From an uncultured Lentisphaeria bacterium (GTDB taxonomy: Bacteria; Verrucomicrobiota; Lentisphaeria; Oligosphaerales; Oligosphaeraceae), in the NCBI GenBank assembly GCA_945827525.1, contig CALZPA010000001.1:1-53178 (forward strand): a stretch of DNA of 53,178 nucleotides. Direction: 5' to 3'. The notes under the pieces were generated by a model. That model had not been told where the DNA came from, ran no database searches, and saw only the letters and a list, made by a program, of their open reading frames with translations. A program made the translations under genes and the position numbers. This document shows positions 26,537 to 35,194 of the stretch, in pieces. The stretch's first letter is position 1. Each line of letters opens with the position of its first letter.

Positions 26537-28231
26537 TCAGACTCGGAACATGGCGCCGAGGCGCTTGCCCAGGAGACAGGACGCGGTGAGCATCGAGGCG
26601 CCCAGGAAGACCATCGTCCAGAGACCCAGCGCCGAGGCCAGCATCGGCCCCTGACCCAGCAGCGACGACAGGTCGTAGATGGCCCGCGTGATCGGATAGT
26701 ACGCCGCCTTCTGCGCCAGAATCAGCGAGTCGGAGACCTCGAGCATCGAGAAGCTGAACGCCAGGATGCCGCCGGCGATCAGGTTCGCCGCAATCAGGGG
26801 CATCGTGACGCGGCGGAAGCAGGTCAGCGGGCGGGCGCCCAGCGAGGCGGCCGCCTCCTCGTAGCTCACGCTCGTCTGCTGCAGACCCGCCACCGCCGCG
26901 CGAACCACATACGGCAGACGGCGCACCGCATACGCCATCACCAGCAGCACCGTCGGATTCTCGATGGGGTCGAAGCAGTGGAACAGGTTGCCCTTCAGCG
27001 ACAGCGCCAGATAGCCAAACGCCAGCACCAGGCCGGGAACCGCCAGCGGCAGCATGATCAGCGCGTCCAGCACCCAGCCCAGACGGCTCTTGCCGCGCAC
27101 AATCACAATCGCCGAGAAGATGCCCAGCGCCATCGCGGCCAGGACGGCCAGCAGCGCGTAGCGCAGGCTGTTCGCGATGCTCGGGACCGTCAGGCTGTGT
27201 CCGACGGCCGCCTCGAAATGCGCCCAGGTCAGGGACGCCGGCAGCACCGTCCGGTACCAGCTGTTGCCGACCGCCAGCCCCAGCACGCCCAGATGCGGCA
27301 GCAGGCTGAACAGCCCCAGCGCGCCAAACACGCCCATCACCAGCGCCGCCTTCACGCCATGCAGCCGAACCGCGCCGCCCGCGCGGCCCGCCTTCGACAT
27401 CATCGCATAGCTCTTCCGGCCAAAGCACACCTTCGCCAGCACATACAGCAGCGTCGAGAACGCCATCATCACCACCACCAGCGCATACGGCATCGGATTC
27501 GTCTCCAAATCGTTGATGCCGTTGAAGATCTGCACCGCCGTGCAGCGCCCGTAGTTGAACATCAGCGGCGTGCCCAGCTCCGTGAACGACCAGATGAACA
27601 CCAGCGACCCGCCCGCGAACACGCCCGGCATGATCAGCGGAAAGACCACCTTGAAGAACCGCCGGAAACCTGTGCAGCCCAAATCCGCCGAGGCCTCCAG
27701 CAGCATCGGGTCCACATTCGCGAAGCTCGCCACGATGTTCAGGTACAGAATCGGATAGAGGTGCAGCGCCTCCATAACCACCACGCCCCAGAAGCCGCCC
27801 GCAAACCAGTCCGGCCCCATCCCGTCCGGGAAAAGCCCCAGGCCGCTCAGCAGGCTGTTGAACGCACCGTAGCGACCGAAGATGCACTGCATCCCCAGCG
27901 CGCCCACAAACGGCGCCAGGATCATCGGCAGCAGCAGCGCCCCCGTCAGCAGACGCTTCCCCGCAAACTCAAAGCGGTCGGACAGCCACCCCAGCGGCAG
28001 CGCAATCAGCAGCGACACCAGCGTCGTGCACACCGCCAGCCGGAACGCATTCGCCAGCCCCTCCGCATACACCGGATTCCGGAACACCTCCAGCAGATAG
28101 AACGCCGTCAGGGTGCCGTCGCTGTCCGTGATGCCGCCGCGCAGCACATGCCACACCGGCAGGAAGAAGAACAGGACGAAGAAGGCAAAGGTCAGCGTCA
28201 GCAGACCGTAGTAGCAGACTTTCCGCAGCAT
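26537..28231 (-). CDS. ABC transporter permease, fused double-domain (FbpB / iron(III)-type)
   Basis: 564 aa, 12 TM segments, two EAA-loop motifs (EASADLGCTGFRRFFKVVFPLIMPG and EEAAASLGARPLTCFRRVTMPLIAANL). No ATPase or binding-protein gene occurs in the window. Confidence 0.9.
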   Translation of the reverse strand: MLRKVCYYGLLTLTFAFFVLFFFLPVWHVLRGGITDSDGTLTAFYLLEVFRNPVYAEGLANAFRLAVCTTLVSLLIALPLGWLSDRFEFAGKRLLTGALLLPMILAPFVGALGMQCIFGRYGAFNSLLSGLGLFPDGMGPDWFAGGFWGVVVMEALHLYPILYLNIVASFANVDPMLLEASADLGCTGFRRFFKVVFPLIMPGVFAGGSLVFIWSFTELGTPLMFNYGRCTAVQIFNGINDLETNPMPYALVVVMMAFSTLLYVLAKVCFGRKSYAMMSKAGRAGGAVRLHGVKAALVMGVFGALGLFSLLPHLGVLGLAVGNSWYRTVLPASLTWAHFEAAVGHSLTVPSIANSLRYALLAVLAAMALGIFSAIVIVRGKSRLGWVLDALIMLPLAVPGLVLAFGYLALSLKGNLFHCFDPIENPTVLLVMAYAVRRLPYVVRAAVAGLQQTSVSYEEAAASLGARPLTCFRRVTMPLIAANLIAGGILAFSFSMLEVSDSLILAQKAAYYPITRAIYDLSSLLGQGPMLASALGLWTMVFLGASMLTASCLLGKRLGAMFRV

Positions 28232-28338
28232 GGCGAACTCTCATCCCCGCGCACACACACGACACAGACTCGGCCGGCCGCCGGACACGGCGGCTAAAGA
28301 CAACGGCACACCACGTAATATAATCCCCCCGCACCGCT

Positions 28339-28367
28339 TTGCATTTCCCCCATACAACTAATATATT
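28339..28367 (+). promoter_or_regulatory. Candidate promoter of the metallophosphoesterase gene (TTGCAT-N17-TATATT)
   Basis: TTGCAT at 28339-28344 and TATATT at 28362-28367, 49 nt upstream of ATG 28416. Confidence 0.45.
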
Positions 28368-28415
28368 CTCACTCCCAGATGACCTCCGCACCCCACCCCA
28401 AGCCCCCCACCAGCC

Positions 28416-29153
28416 ATGACCAGAATCGCCTTCATCAGTGATATCCACGCCAACCTCGAGGCGCTCAACGCCGTCCTCGCCGACATCGACGCCACCGGCA
28501 CCGACATGACCGTCTGCCTCGGGGATCTCGTCGGCTACGGCGCCGACCCCGCCGCCTGCGTCGACACCATCCGCTCCCGCGACATCCAGACCGTCATGGG
28601 CAACCACGACGAGTACGTCACCCTCCTCATGGACCCGCGCGTCGAACGACTCCGCCCCGAAGTCCGGCAGTCCGTCGAGTGGACCCAGAGCAGGCTCTCC
28701 ATGGACGACCTCACCTGGCTCGCCAAGCTCCCCATGAGCATGGACGCCGACATCTTCGGCATCACCCACGGCTCCTACAAGCCCGGAAACCACTTCGCCT
28801 ACTGCAAGGACGAGGAGACCTTCGCCGAGAACTTCTCCGGACAGACCCACCAGCTCGCGTTCTGCGGACACTCGCACCGCCCGCTCATCGCCGTCCAGAC
28901 GCCCGCCGGTCAGCTCTTCGTCGACTACATCCGCCCCGGAACCGTCCCCGCCGACGGCAAGGTCATGGTCAACGTCGGCTCCGTCGGACAGCCCCGTGAC
29001 GAGAACACGGGCGCCTGCGTCGTCTACTACGACCTCGAGACACGCCATCTCGAGCTCCACCGCGTCCCCTACGACCTCAAGCTCGCCATGCAGAAGATCA
29101 TCCGCTCCCCACTCCCTGAGAAATTCGCCAAGCGACTCGCCCTGGGCAAATAG
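28416..29153 (+). CDS. Metallophosphoesterase family protein (calcineurin-like, YfcE/MJ0936-like)
   Basis: Motifs ISDIHAN, GDLVGYG, GNHD and GHSH in canonical order; 245 aa. Confidence 0.87.
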   Translation: MTRIAFISDIHANLEALNAVLADIDATGTDMTVCLGDLVGYGADPAACVDTIRSRDIQTVMGNHDEYVTLLMDPRVERLRPEVRQSVEWTQSRLSMDDLTWLAKLPMSMDADIFGITHGSYKPGNHFAYCKDEETFAENFSGQTHQLAFCGHSHRPLIAVQTPAGQLFVDYIRPGTVPADGKVMVNVGSVGQPRDENTGACVVYYDLETRHLELHRVPYDLKLAMQKIIRSPLPEKFAKRLALGK

Positions 29154-29245
29154 CCTGCCGCGCCGAAACCAACCGCGCCCAGACAGCACGAGGCCGCCGC
29201 CCCCAGCCGGGGACGGCGGCCTCACCTGCGCCTGCGTGCCGCGCC

Positions 29246-31606
29246 TCAGCCGCGGGCGACGACGGCCAGCGTCACGCTGGCGGACGCGACGCCCGGCGCG
29301 GTCGCCGTCAGCGTCAGCTCGCCCGACGTGGCGGCGGCGCGGACGATGGCCATGCAGGCGCCGTGGTAGGTGCTCATGACGCCACTGACGAAGCGCTCCG
29401 TGCAGGTCGCGTCGCCGTTGCCGGCCGCCGCGAACGCGCCGGCCCCCGTGACGGCGAACGTCACCGGCAACGCCGCGTGCGGCTGCACCGTCCCCGCCGC
29501 GTCCACGACCTCGACGCGGACATGGACGACATCCTCGCCGTCCGCCGTCAGCTCCGTGCGCTCCGGCGTGAGGACCAGCCGCGCGGGCTCGCCGGCCGTC
29601 CGGACGCTCGTGCGCAGCACCTCGTTGCCGTCGGCGTCGCGGCCGATGGCGATGACTTCGCCGGGCTGGTAGGACACCTCGTCCCAGCAGACGCGCCAGA
29701 CGGAGGACTCGCGGACGCGGACGCCCTGGGAGACGCCGTTGACGAGCAGCTCGACGCTGGCGCAGTTGGTGTAGGCGTGCACGGGCGTCACCTGTCCGAC
29801 GCGCTCCGGCCACGTCCAGTGGGGCAGCAGATGGAGGACGGGACGGTCTGTCCAGCGCGCGGCATAGAGCCACACGCGGTCCTTCGGCAGCCCGACCAGG
29901 TCGTAGATGCCGAAGTAGGAGGCGTGGGCCGGCCAGAACGCATCAAACGGCGTCGGCTCGCCCAGGTAGTCGAAGCCCGTCCAGACGAACTCGCCGAAAA
30001 TCCAGGGCGACTCGTCCTGGCCGCGGAATTCGCGGTCGGGGGTGGTTGCCCATGGCGGGAATTCGAGGTCGTAGCTGCTGACCTGGATGATGTCGTGGGG
30101 ACGTCCGTTCCAGGCCTGTCCCTCCTGGACAGGGAAGAAGTACTCGCCCCTGGAGCTGACGGTGGAGGCGGTCTCGCTGCCGAACTGGGGCAGCTTCGGG
30201 TAGTGGCTGTGGAGCTCGGCGTAGCGGTGCGGCTTGTAGTTCCAGCCGGCCAGGTCGAGCGCCGTCGGCAGGTCGTTCTTGAAGCAGCCGTCGGGACGGT
30301 CGAGGCCGGCGGCAACGGGACGCGTCGGGTCGGTGCGGCGCGCGATGGCCGCCAGCTTCGCCGCGACGCGGCGACCGTCCGGCGACGACTGCTCGTTGAT
30401 CTCGTTGCCGATGGACCAGAAGATGACGGACGGATGGTTGCGGTCGCGGCGGATGAAGTCCTCGAGATCACGCTGATGCCAGGCGTGGAAGTCGCGGCTG
30501 TAGTCATTGGCGCACTTGCCCAGCTCCCAGCAGTCGAACGCCTCGTCCATGACGGCGAAGCCCATGGTGTCGCAGAGGTCGAGCAGCTGCGGCGCGGGCG
30601 GGTTGTGCGAGGTGCGGATGGCGTTGCAGCCCATCTCCTTGAGCAGCCGCAGGCGATACGACATGGCGGGCACGGAGAACGCGGCGCCGAGCGGCCCCAG
30701 GTCGTGATGCAGGCAGACGCCCTTCAGATAGTACGGCTTGCCGTTCAGCGTCATGCCGGTCTCCGCCGAGAAGCTCACCGTGCGGAAGCCATGGGCGAGC
30801 GTGACGCGGTCGCGGACCTCGCCGTCCTTCAGCAGCTCCAGCGTCACCCGGTAGAGCGCCGGCGTCTCCGGCGACCACAGCGCAACCTCCTCGACCTCCA
30901 GACTGTGGCTGTCGCCCTCGAACGTCGACATCCGGAACCAGCCGCCGTCCGGAGACTCCACCAGCATCTTGACGACGCAGCCCTCCACACAGCCGCCCTC
31001 CAACTGCACCTTCAGCGTCGCCCGACGACGGCGCACATCGAGCGACTCATCCGTCAGCCAGATGCCCTGATACCCGAAATGCTCGCGCTCCTTCGTCACC
31101 AGACGCGCCTCGCGGTAGATGCCCGCGCCCGGGTACCAGCGCGAGCTCTGCGGCGGATTGTCCACACGAACCGCCAGCACATTCTCCGCCCCAAAACGCA
31201 CCGCCTCCGTCGCCTCGACGCAGAACGACGCATACCCAAACGGGCGTCCGCCCACCTCAATCCCGTTCACGAACACGCGCGAATGGCTCATCACGCCGTC
31301 GAACTCCACCCACACGCGCCGCCCCCGCTCCGACTCCTCCAGCCGGAACGTGCGCCGATACCAGCCGACGCCCATGTGCGGCAGACCGCCTGTCCGCCCG
31401 TAGTGACGGCTCTCCGTCTCCTCGCCATTCTGCACAATCCGCGTCACCTGCAGGTCATTCTGCGCCTCGAACGCGCCCGAAATGGCCCAGTCATGCGGCA
31501 CGCACACCGCCTCCCAGCCACGGTCGTCAGCCTCCGGACGACTGAACGACATGTCATCCTGGCGCGTAAAGTGCCATCCATCATGCAAAACGGCGGTTCT
31601 TCTCAT
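29246..31606 (-). CDS. Glycoside hydrolase family 2 (beta-galactosidase/beta-glucuronidase-like), no signal peptide
   Basis: Motifs NAIRTSHNPP, WSIGNEI (acid/base Glu) and GEFVWTGFDY (nucleophile region); 786 aa. Confidence 0.92.
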   Translation of the reverse strand: MRRTAVLHDGWHFTRQDDMSFSRPEADDRGWEAVCVPHDWAISGAFEAQNDLQVTRIVQNGEETESRHYGRTGGLPHMGVGWYRRTFRLEESERGRRVWVEFDGVMSHSRVFVNGIEVGGRPFGYASFCVEATEAVRFGAENVLAVRVDNPPQSSRWYPGAGIYREARLVTKEREHFGYQGIWLTDESLDVRRRRATLKVQLEGGCVEGCVVKMLVESPDGGWFRMSTFEGDSHSLEVEEVALWSPETPALYRVTLELLKDGEVRDRVTLAHGFRTVSFSAETGMTLNGKPYYLKGVCLHHDLGPLGAAFSVPAMSYRLRLLKEMGCNAIRTSHNPPAPQLLDLCDTMGFAVMDEAFDCWELGKCANDYSRDFHAWHQRDLEDFIRRDRNHPSVIFWSIGNEINEQSSPDGRRVAAKLAAIARRTDPTRPVAAGLDRPDGCFKNDLPTALDLAGWNYKPHRYAELHSHYPKLPQFGSETASTVSSRGEYFFPVQEGQAWNGRPHDIIQVSSYDLEFPPWATTPDREFRGQDESPWIFGEFVWTGFDYLGEPTPFDAFWPAHASYFGIYDLVGLPKDRVWLYAARWTDRPVLHLLPHWTWPERVGQVTPVHAYTNCASVELLVNGVSQGVRVRESSVWRVCWDEVSYQPGEVIAIGRDADGNEVLRTSVRTAGEPARLVLTPERTELTADGEDVVHVRVEVVDAAGTVQPHAALPVTFAVTGAGAFAAAGNGDATCTERFVSGVMSTYHGACMAIVRAAATSGELTLTATAPGVASASVTLAVVARG

Positions 31607-31810
31607 CTTTCTGCAATACTCCTAGACAACCAACTCTGACGGCAGACGCACACCGACGCCCCCGACACGGACAGACAAACAATGGTCTGCACCCATGCGC
31701 CAACACGCGCACAGGTACAGACCAATAATGTAAGGCAGGCTTCACGGACTGTCCACTCCAGCCTTGACGCACGCCGCTCCTATCGCGAAAAGCCGGTGTC
31801 ATGTGCCTGT

Positions 31811-32050
31811 TGTGGACAAAGAAGTTGGGCTTCCTCCGCGAACAGTCTCATTCTTCTTGTTTATTTTGTGTCTTTTGTGGACAAAGAAGTTGGGCTTCCT
31901 CCGCGAACAGTCTCATTCTTTTTGTTTATTTTGTGTCTTTTGTGGACAAAGAAAGTTGGGCTTCCTCCGCGAGCAGTCTCATTCTTTTTGTTTATTTTGT
32001 GTCTTTTGTGGACTCTAGCTTTTGTGGACTCTGGCTTTTGTGGACTCTGA
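31811..32050 (-). repeat. Tandem repeat array: 3 x 65/66-bp units followed (plus-strand order) by 3 x 16-bp units sharing the core TGTGGAC
   Basis: Units at 31811-31875, 31876-31940 and 31941-32006 differ by 1-3 positions. Short units tgtggactct[a/g]gcttt start at 32007, 32023 and 32039. On the minus strand the array starts immediately after the stop codon at 32051-32053. Confidence 0.95.
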
Positions 32051-32788
32051 TCACTGTGCGCCGTAGTAGTTCGCGTCGCAGTTGCTTCCGCCGACCGCGC
32101 CCGAGTTGAGCGACAGCGACGACACATGCCCGTCCAGCCACACCACGTTGGCGAAGTTGTTGTGTCGGAATTCCATCGGCTGCCAGTTGCTCTGCCACCC
32201 CCAACTGCCCGGCGACAGAAACGCCGTCCAGGTGCTGAAGCTCTTGTAGCGGCTGTCGCTGGAGCCAAAGTACTGGTCTGCGAACACAAGGGTCTCCGTC
32301 GGCTTCTTGAAGTAGCTCACCGTCCGCAGCTGACCACCCGAGCTGAAGTTGCGCCCATTGTACCCAATGTACCATGCGTTGTGGCCATAGCCTGGCTGCT
32401 TGCCCGTCTGCGACGGGCACATCAGCGTCTTGTACTGGTTCAGGTCGTCGATGTAGTACTCGCCCGTCGTGTTCGGTGTGCCGGCGATGTACCCATACAG
32501 CTTCGCCGGCCAGAAGTTCACGTGACGCGCCTTGTCCTTGGAGCCATCCACGTCACCCGGCCAGAACGCCGGAACCAGATAGTCCTCCGAGTCCATCGTG
32601 TACATGTTCAACGCCAAACCGATCTGCTTCAGGTTGTTCACGCACGAGATCTGACGCGCCTTCTCGCGCGCCTTGCTCAGCGCCGGCAGCAGCATCGCCG
32701 CCAGTATCGCGATGATGGCAATCACGACCAACAGCTCAATCAGCGTGAACAAACGGCGTAACCTCTTGTTGCCCATCCTCTTTCTCAT
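32051..32788 (-). CDS. Prepilin-type N-terminal domain protein with C-terminal H-X9-DG motif (DUF1559-like pseudopilin paralog 1)
   Basis: [49 protein letters not shown]...[21 protein letters not shown] lies upstream of ATG 32788. Confidence 0.9.
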   Translation of the reverse strand: MRKRMGNKRLRRLFTLIELLVVIAIIAILAAMLLPALSKAREKARQISCVNNLKQIGLALNMYTMDSEDYLVPAFWPGDVDGSKDKARHVNFWPAKLYGYIAGTPNTTGEYYIDDLNQYKTLMCPSQTGKQPGYGHNAWYIGYNGRNFSSGGQLRTVSYFKKPTETLVFADQYFGSSDSRYKSFSTWTAFLSPGSWGWQSNWQPMEFRHNNFANVVWLDGHVSSLSLNSGAVGGSNCDANYYGAQ

Positions 32789-32937
32789 GTCTCTGCTCCT
32801 TTCTTTTCCTTTGACTGTTGCTTCTTGCTTCTTGCTATGACACATGAACCTGCCAGCTGCGGCAGCTCTCTAGCGTTTGCCTATTCTGTGACCTTCAACA
32901 CTTAGCAACCTGTTTCCGTAAATGGTTGCCCGCGAAT

Positions 32938-32953
32938 TGGAAACGTGTTTCCA
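32938..32953. promoter_or_regulatory. Candidate LacI-family operator TGGAAAC-GT-GTTTCCA
   Basis: 7-bp inverted arms read directly, between the LacI-1 stop and the pseudopilin-1 start. The 14-nt core GGAAACGTGTTTCC is identical to the site at 34138-34153. Confidence 0.6.
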
Positions 32954-33057
32954 AAGGTTATGGTTCGCCCCTACGCGCGTAGGCTGGTGTGTGTGGCGGA
33001 GGGGGAGCTTGTGGGGTGTATGGGAGGGGGGGGAACGGAAGCCTTTGAGTCGGCGTG

Positions 33058-34074
33058 TCACACGGTCTCGCGAGGCTTCAGGGTAGCCGGATAGCGTCGC
33101 TGGACCATCAGCTCCGGCTGGTCGATGAGCTGCTGGATGTCCTGGGCGGCCTGACGACCGATGGCGAAGTCATCGACGACGACCCTCGGCAGGCACAGGC
33201 TTCCCTTCGAATAGCTGTAGCCGGAGAGGACCTCGACGTCCTGTGGCACGCGCAGTCCCTCCGCCTGGAGTTGACGGATCACCAGATCAGCCAGGTTGTG
33301 GTTGTAGGTCACGATCGCCGTCGGCGCCTCCGGAGTTCCGAAGATTTCCATGTCGAGCGGCTGCGAGCTGTCTTCCCGCGCCGTCTGCTCCTCGATGACC
33401 GCCTCCGGATGCTCACGCCGCAGCTCCGGCAGCACCGCCATCATCTGCTGTTCGATGAACACCACCGCCGCCGAGGTCACATGCAGATACAGCAGCCGCC
33501 GATGTCCCTTCGCCAGCAGGCTCTCGAACGCCGCGCGGGTGCTCGCCTGCGTGTCATTGACGATGTACCGCCAGCCCTGCTCCAGCGTGCCGGGAACCGT
33601 CACCAGGAACAGCAGCGGCAGAGGCTGCCCCAGCGTCTCCAGCCAGTACGACTCGCTCGGCTGCGCACCCCACACCAGCAGGCCGTCAATCGTCTGCGAC
33701 TGCAGCAGCGACACGTACTCGCGCTGCGTCCGGAACCGCTCGTCGTTGAACAGCAGCAGCAGCCGGTACGGCCCCTTGCTCAGACCATCCTCCAGACCGC
33801 TCAGCAGCCTGCACAGATGGCCATCCTCAAAGATGTGCCTCCGCATCTGGTGATACGAAGGTATCAGAAGCCCCACAATCCACGACCGGTGCGCGAAGAC
33901 CCGACGGGCGTTCGCGTTCGGCACATAGTCCAGCTCCCTCGCGCACGACAGCACATGGCTCCGTATCGACTCCGAGATGTTCCGCACCCGCTCGTGGTTG
34001 TTCAGTATCCGAGACACCGTGCTGATGGACACACCAGCCAGCTTCGCCACATCCCGTATCGTGTTCTTCGCCAA
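33058..34074 (-). CDS. LacI family transcriptional regulator (LacI-1), TTG start
   Basis: HTH (M)AKNTIRDVAKLAGVSISTVSRILNN plus a periplasmic-binding-protein-like sugar domain. The start codon is TTG at 34074, with GGAGG upstream. Confidence 0.92.
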   Translation of the reverse strand: MAKNTIRDVAKLAGVSISTVSRILNNHERVRNISESIRSHVLSCARELDYVPNANARRVFAHRSWIVGLLIPSYHQMRRHIFEDGHLCRLLSGLEDGLSKGPYRLLLLFNDERFRTQREYVSLLQSQTIDGLLVWGAQPSESYWLETLGQPLPLLFLVTVPGTLEQGWRYIVNDTQASTRAAFESLLAKGHRRLLYLHVTSAAVVFIEQQMMAVLPELRREHPEAVIEEQTAREDSSQPLDMEIFGTPEAPTAIVTYNHNLADLVIRQLQAEGLRVPQDVEVLSGYSYSKGSLCLPRVVVDDFAIGRQAAQDIQQLIDQPELMVQRRYPATLKPRETV

Positions 34075-34137
34075 AACGACGCCCTCCCCTCTTTCTCACA
34101 CACTGCCTAACAATCATCCCTTTCTGCCCCGTCTTTC

Positions 34138-34153
34138 CGGAAACGTGTTTCCG
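34138..34153. promoter_or_regulatory. Candidate LacI-family operator CGGAAAC-GT-GTTTCCG (autoregulatory)
   Basis: Same core as 32938-32953. Lies 11 nt downstream of the -10 element of the predicted LacI-1 promoter. Confidence 0.6.
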
Positions 34154-34164
34154 AGACGTTGGCT

Positions 34165-34193
34165 AATATAGCCTCCCATTTCCCTTTTGTCTA
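34165..34193 (-). promoter_or_regulatory. Candidate promoter of LacI-1 (TAGACA-N17-TATATT)
   Basis: Minus strand reads TAGACA (34193-34188), a 17-nt spacer, then TATATT (34170-34165). Confidence 0.5.
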
Positions 34194-34216
34194 GGTGCTG
34201 TGTGTGTGGTGGAGAG

Positions 34217-34260
34217 GAGGTGAGGCGGGCGCCTTTGGGACGCTGGCGCCGCCTCACCTC
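34217..34260 (-). terminator. GC-rich hairpin downstream of pseudopilin 2 (terminator/insulator candidate, no U-tract)
   Basis: gaggtgaggcgggcgcc / ggcgccgcctcacctc form a 16-bp stem with one bulge and an 11-nt loop. Confidence 0.4.
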
Positions 34261-34324
34261 TGCACGGCGGGCTGAGGAAGCTCAAGAGCTTCGCGATGCC
34301 GCCGTGCGGGGAAGAGTGGTATTA

Positions 34325-35056
34325 TCAGTAGTTCTTGGACCAGTCGCCCATGACGGTGTTGCGGCAGTTGCGGCTTTCGACGTGTCCGTCGAGCCAGCCG
34401 TAGTTGTTGGTGGTACCGCTGCCGTGGAGGCAGGTGCCGTAGGCGCCGATGCGGTCCGTGGTGGTCGAGGAGTTGTTTCCCGGCGGGACGGACTGGTTCT
34501 CGGTGAAGGAGCCCTCCTTGCCGTAGAGTCCGATCCAGCAGTCGGAGGCGGTGTCGGCGGAGGCGATGACGTTGTCGGCGAAGAAGATGGTTCGCGAGGG
34601 GCTCTTGACGGTGGTGAGGGGACAGCCCTTGTCGATGCGGGTGGCGTAGTTGCCGCTGTCGGTGCAGGTCTGGTTGACGCCATAGGTGACCTTCCAGTCC
34701 TTGGCGAAGGAGTCGGTGCCGCCGTCGCAGACCTTGGTGTAGTGGTTGGTTCCGGAGGGGCAGGTCCAGGCCTTCTTGTCCCCGATGTACTCGTGGATGA
34801 GGCCGAAGAGGTAGACATTGGTGTACTGGATGCCGTTGAGGGTGCAGGGCTTGGTCTGGTTCGGCGGCAGCACGCCGTCGCTGCTGTCCGCATATTGGAT
34901 GGTGCCCAGCATGACCTGCTTGAGGTTGCTCGTGCAGGAAATCTGACGGGCCTTCTCGCGCGCCTTCGACAACGCCGGCAGCAGCATCGCCGCCAGGATG
35001 GCGATAATCGCAATGACCACGAGCAGCTCAATCAGCGTGAATCGTCTCATCTTCAT
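34325..35056 (-). CDS. Prepilin-type N-terminal domain protein, DUF1559-like pseudopilin paralog 2
   Basis: [41 protein letters not shown]...[17 protein letters not shown] lies 5 nt upstream of ATG 35056. Confidence 0.9.
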   Translation of the reverse strand: MKMRRFTLIELLVVIAIIAILAAMLLPALSKAREKARQISCTSNLKQVMLGTIQYADSSDGVLPPNQTKPCTLNGIQYTNVYLFGLIHEYIGDKKAWTCPSGTNHYTKVCDGGTDSFAKDWKVTYGVNQTCTDSGNYATRIDKGCPLTTVKSPSRTIFFADNVIASADTASDCWIGLYGKEGSFTENQSVPPGNNSSTTTDRIGAYGTCLHGSGTTNNYGWLDGHVESRNCRNTVMGDWSKNY

Positions 35057-35169
35057 GAAAGCCTCCTGTACGTCTGTATCTTTCCTCAACTATGCTCTTC
35101 CTCTCCTTCGACATGCTATGTTATACCAATATTTGCGACAGAAAACAAGACCTACACCCCCAAAAATTC

Positions 35170-35179
35170 AAAAAAAAAA
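35170..35179. repeat. Homopolymer A10
   Basis: tcaaaaaaaaaac read directly, 15 nt upstream of the LVIVD-protein ATG, in the divergent intergenic region. Confidence 0.95.
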
Positions 35180-35194
35180 CATCATTTGCCCTCC

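Noticed and set aside
23724-26654. 976-aa plus-strand ORF over GT2, discoidin and mnmE
   Set aside because: Antisense to three well-supported minus-strand genes. The translation is R/A/G/Q-rich and low-complexity.
25170-27887. 905-aa ORF-track entry suggesting a giant MnmE fusion
   Set aside because: Only the C-terminal 452 aa (from MEATDRD, ATG 26528) are MnmE. The upstream part is an open frame overlapping the ABC permease gene out of frame, with R/G/A-rich junk sequence.
27969-29873. 634-aa minus-strand ORF spanning the permease 5' end, the metallophosphoesterase (antisense) and the GH2 3' end
   Set aside because: It crosses a divergent promoter region and is antisense to a motif-perfect metallophosphoesterase. 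The composition is R/G/A-rich.
31811-32050. Possible CRISPR array
   Set aside because: The repeat units abut each other with no unique spacers, the whole 65-bp unit is reiterated, and no cas genes are present. It is a tandem satellite, not CRISPR.
31682-32420. Small ORFs with reiterated peptides (for example FVDKEVGLPPRTVSFFLFILCLLWTKK) inside the repeat array
   Set aside because: Their reading frames are created by the tandem repeat. Unit lengths of 65/66 nt shift the frame between copies, and there is no start context.
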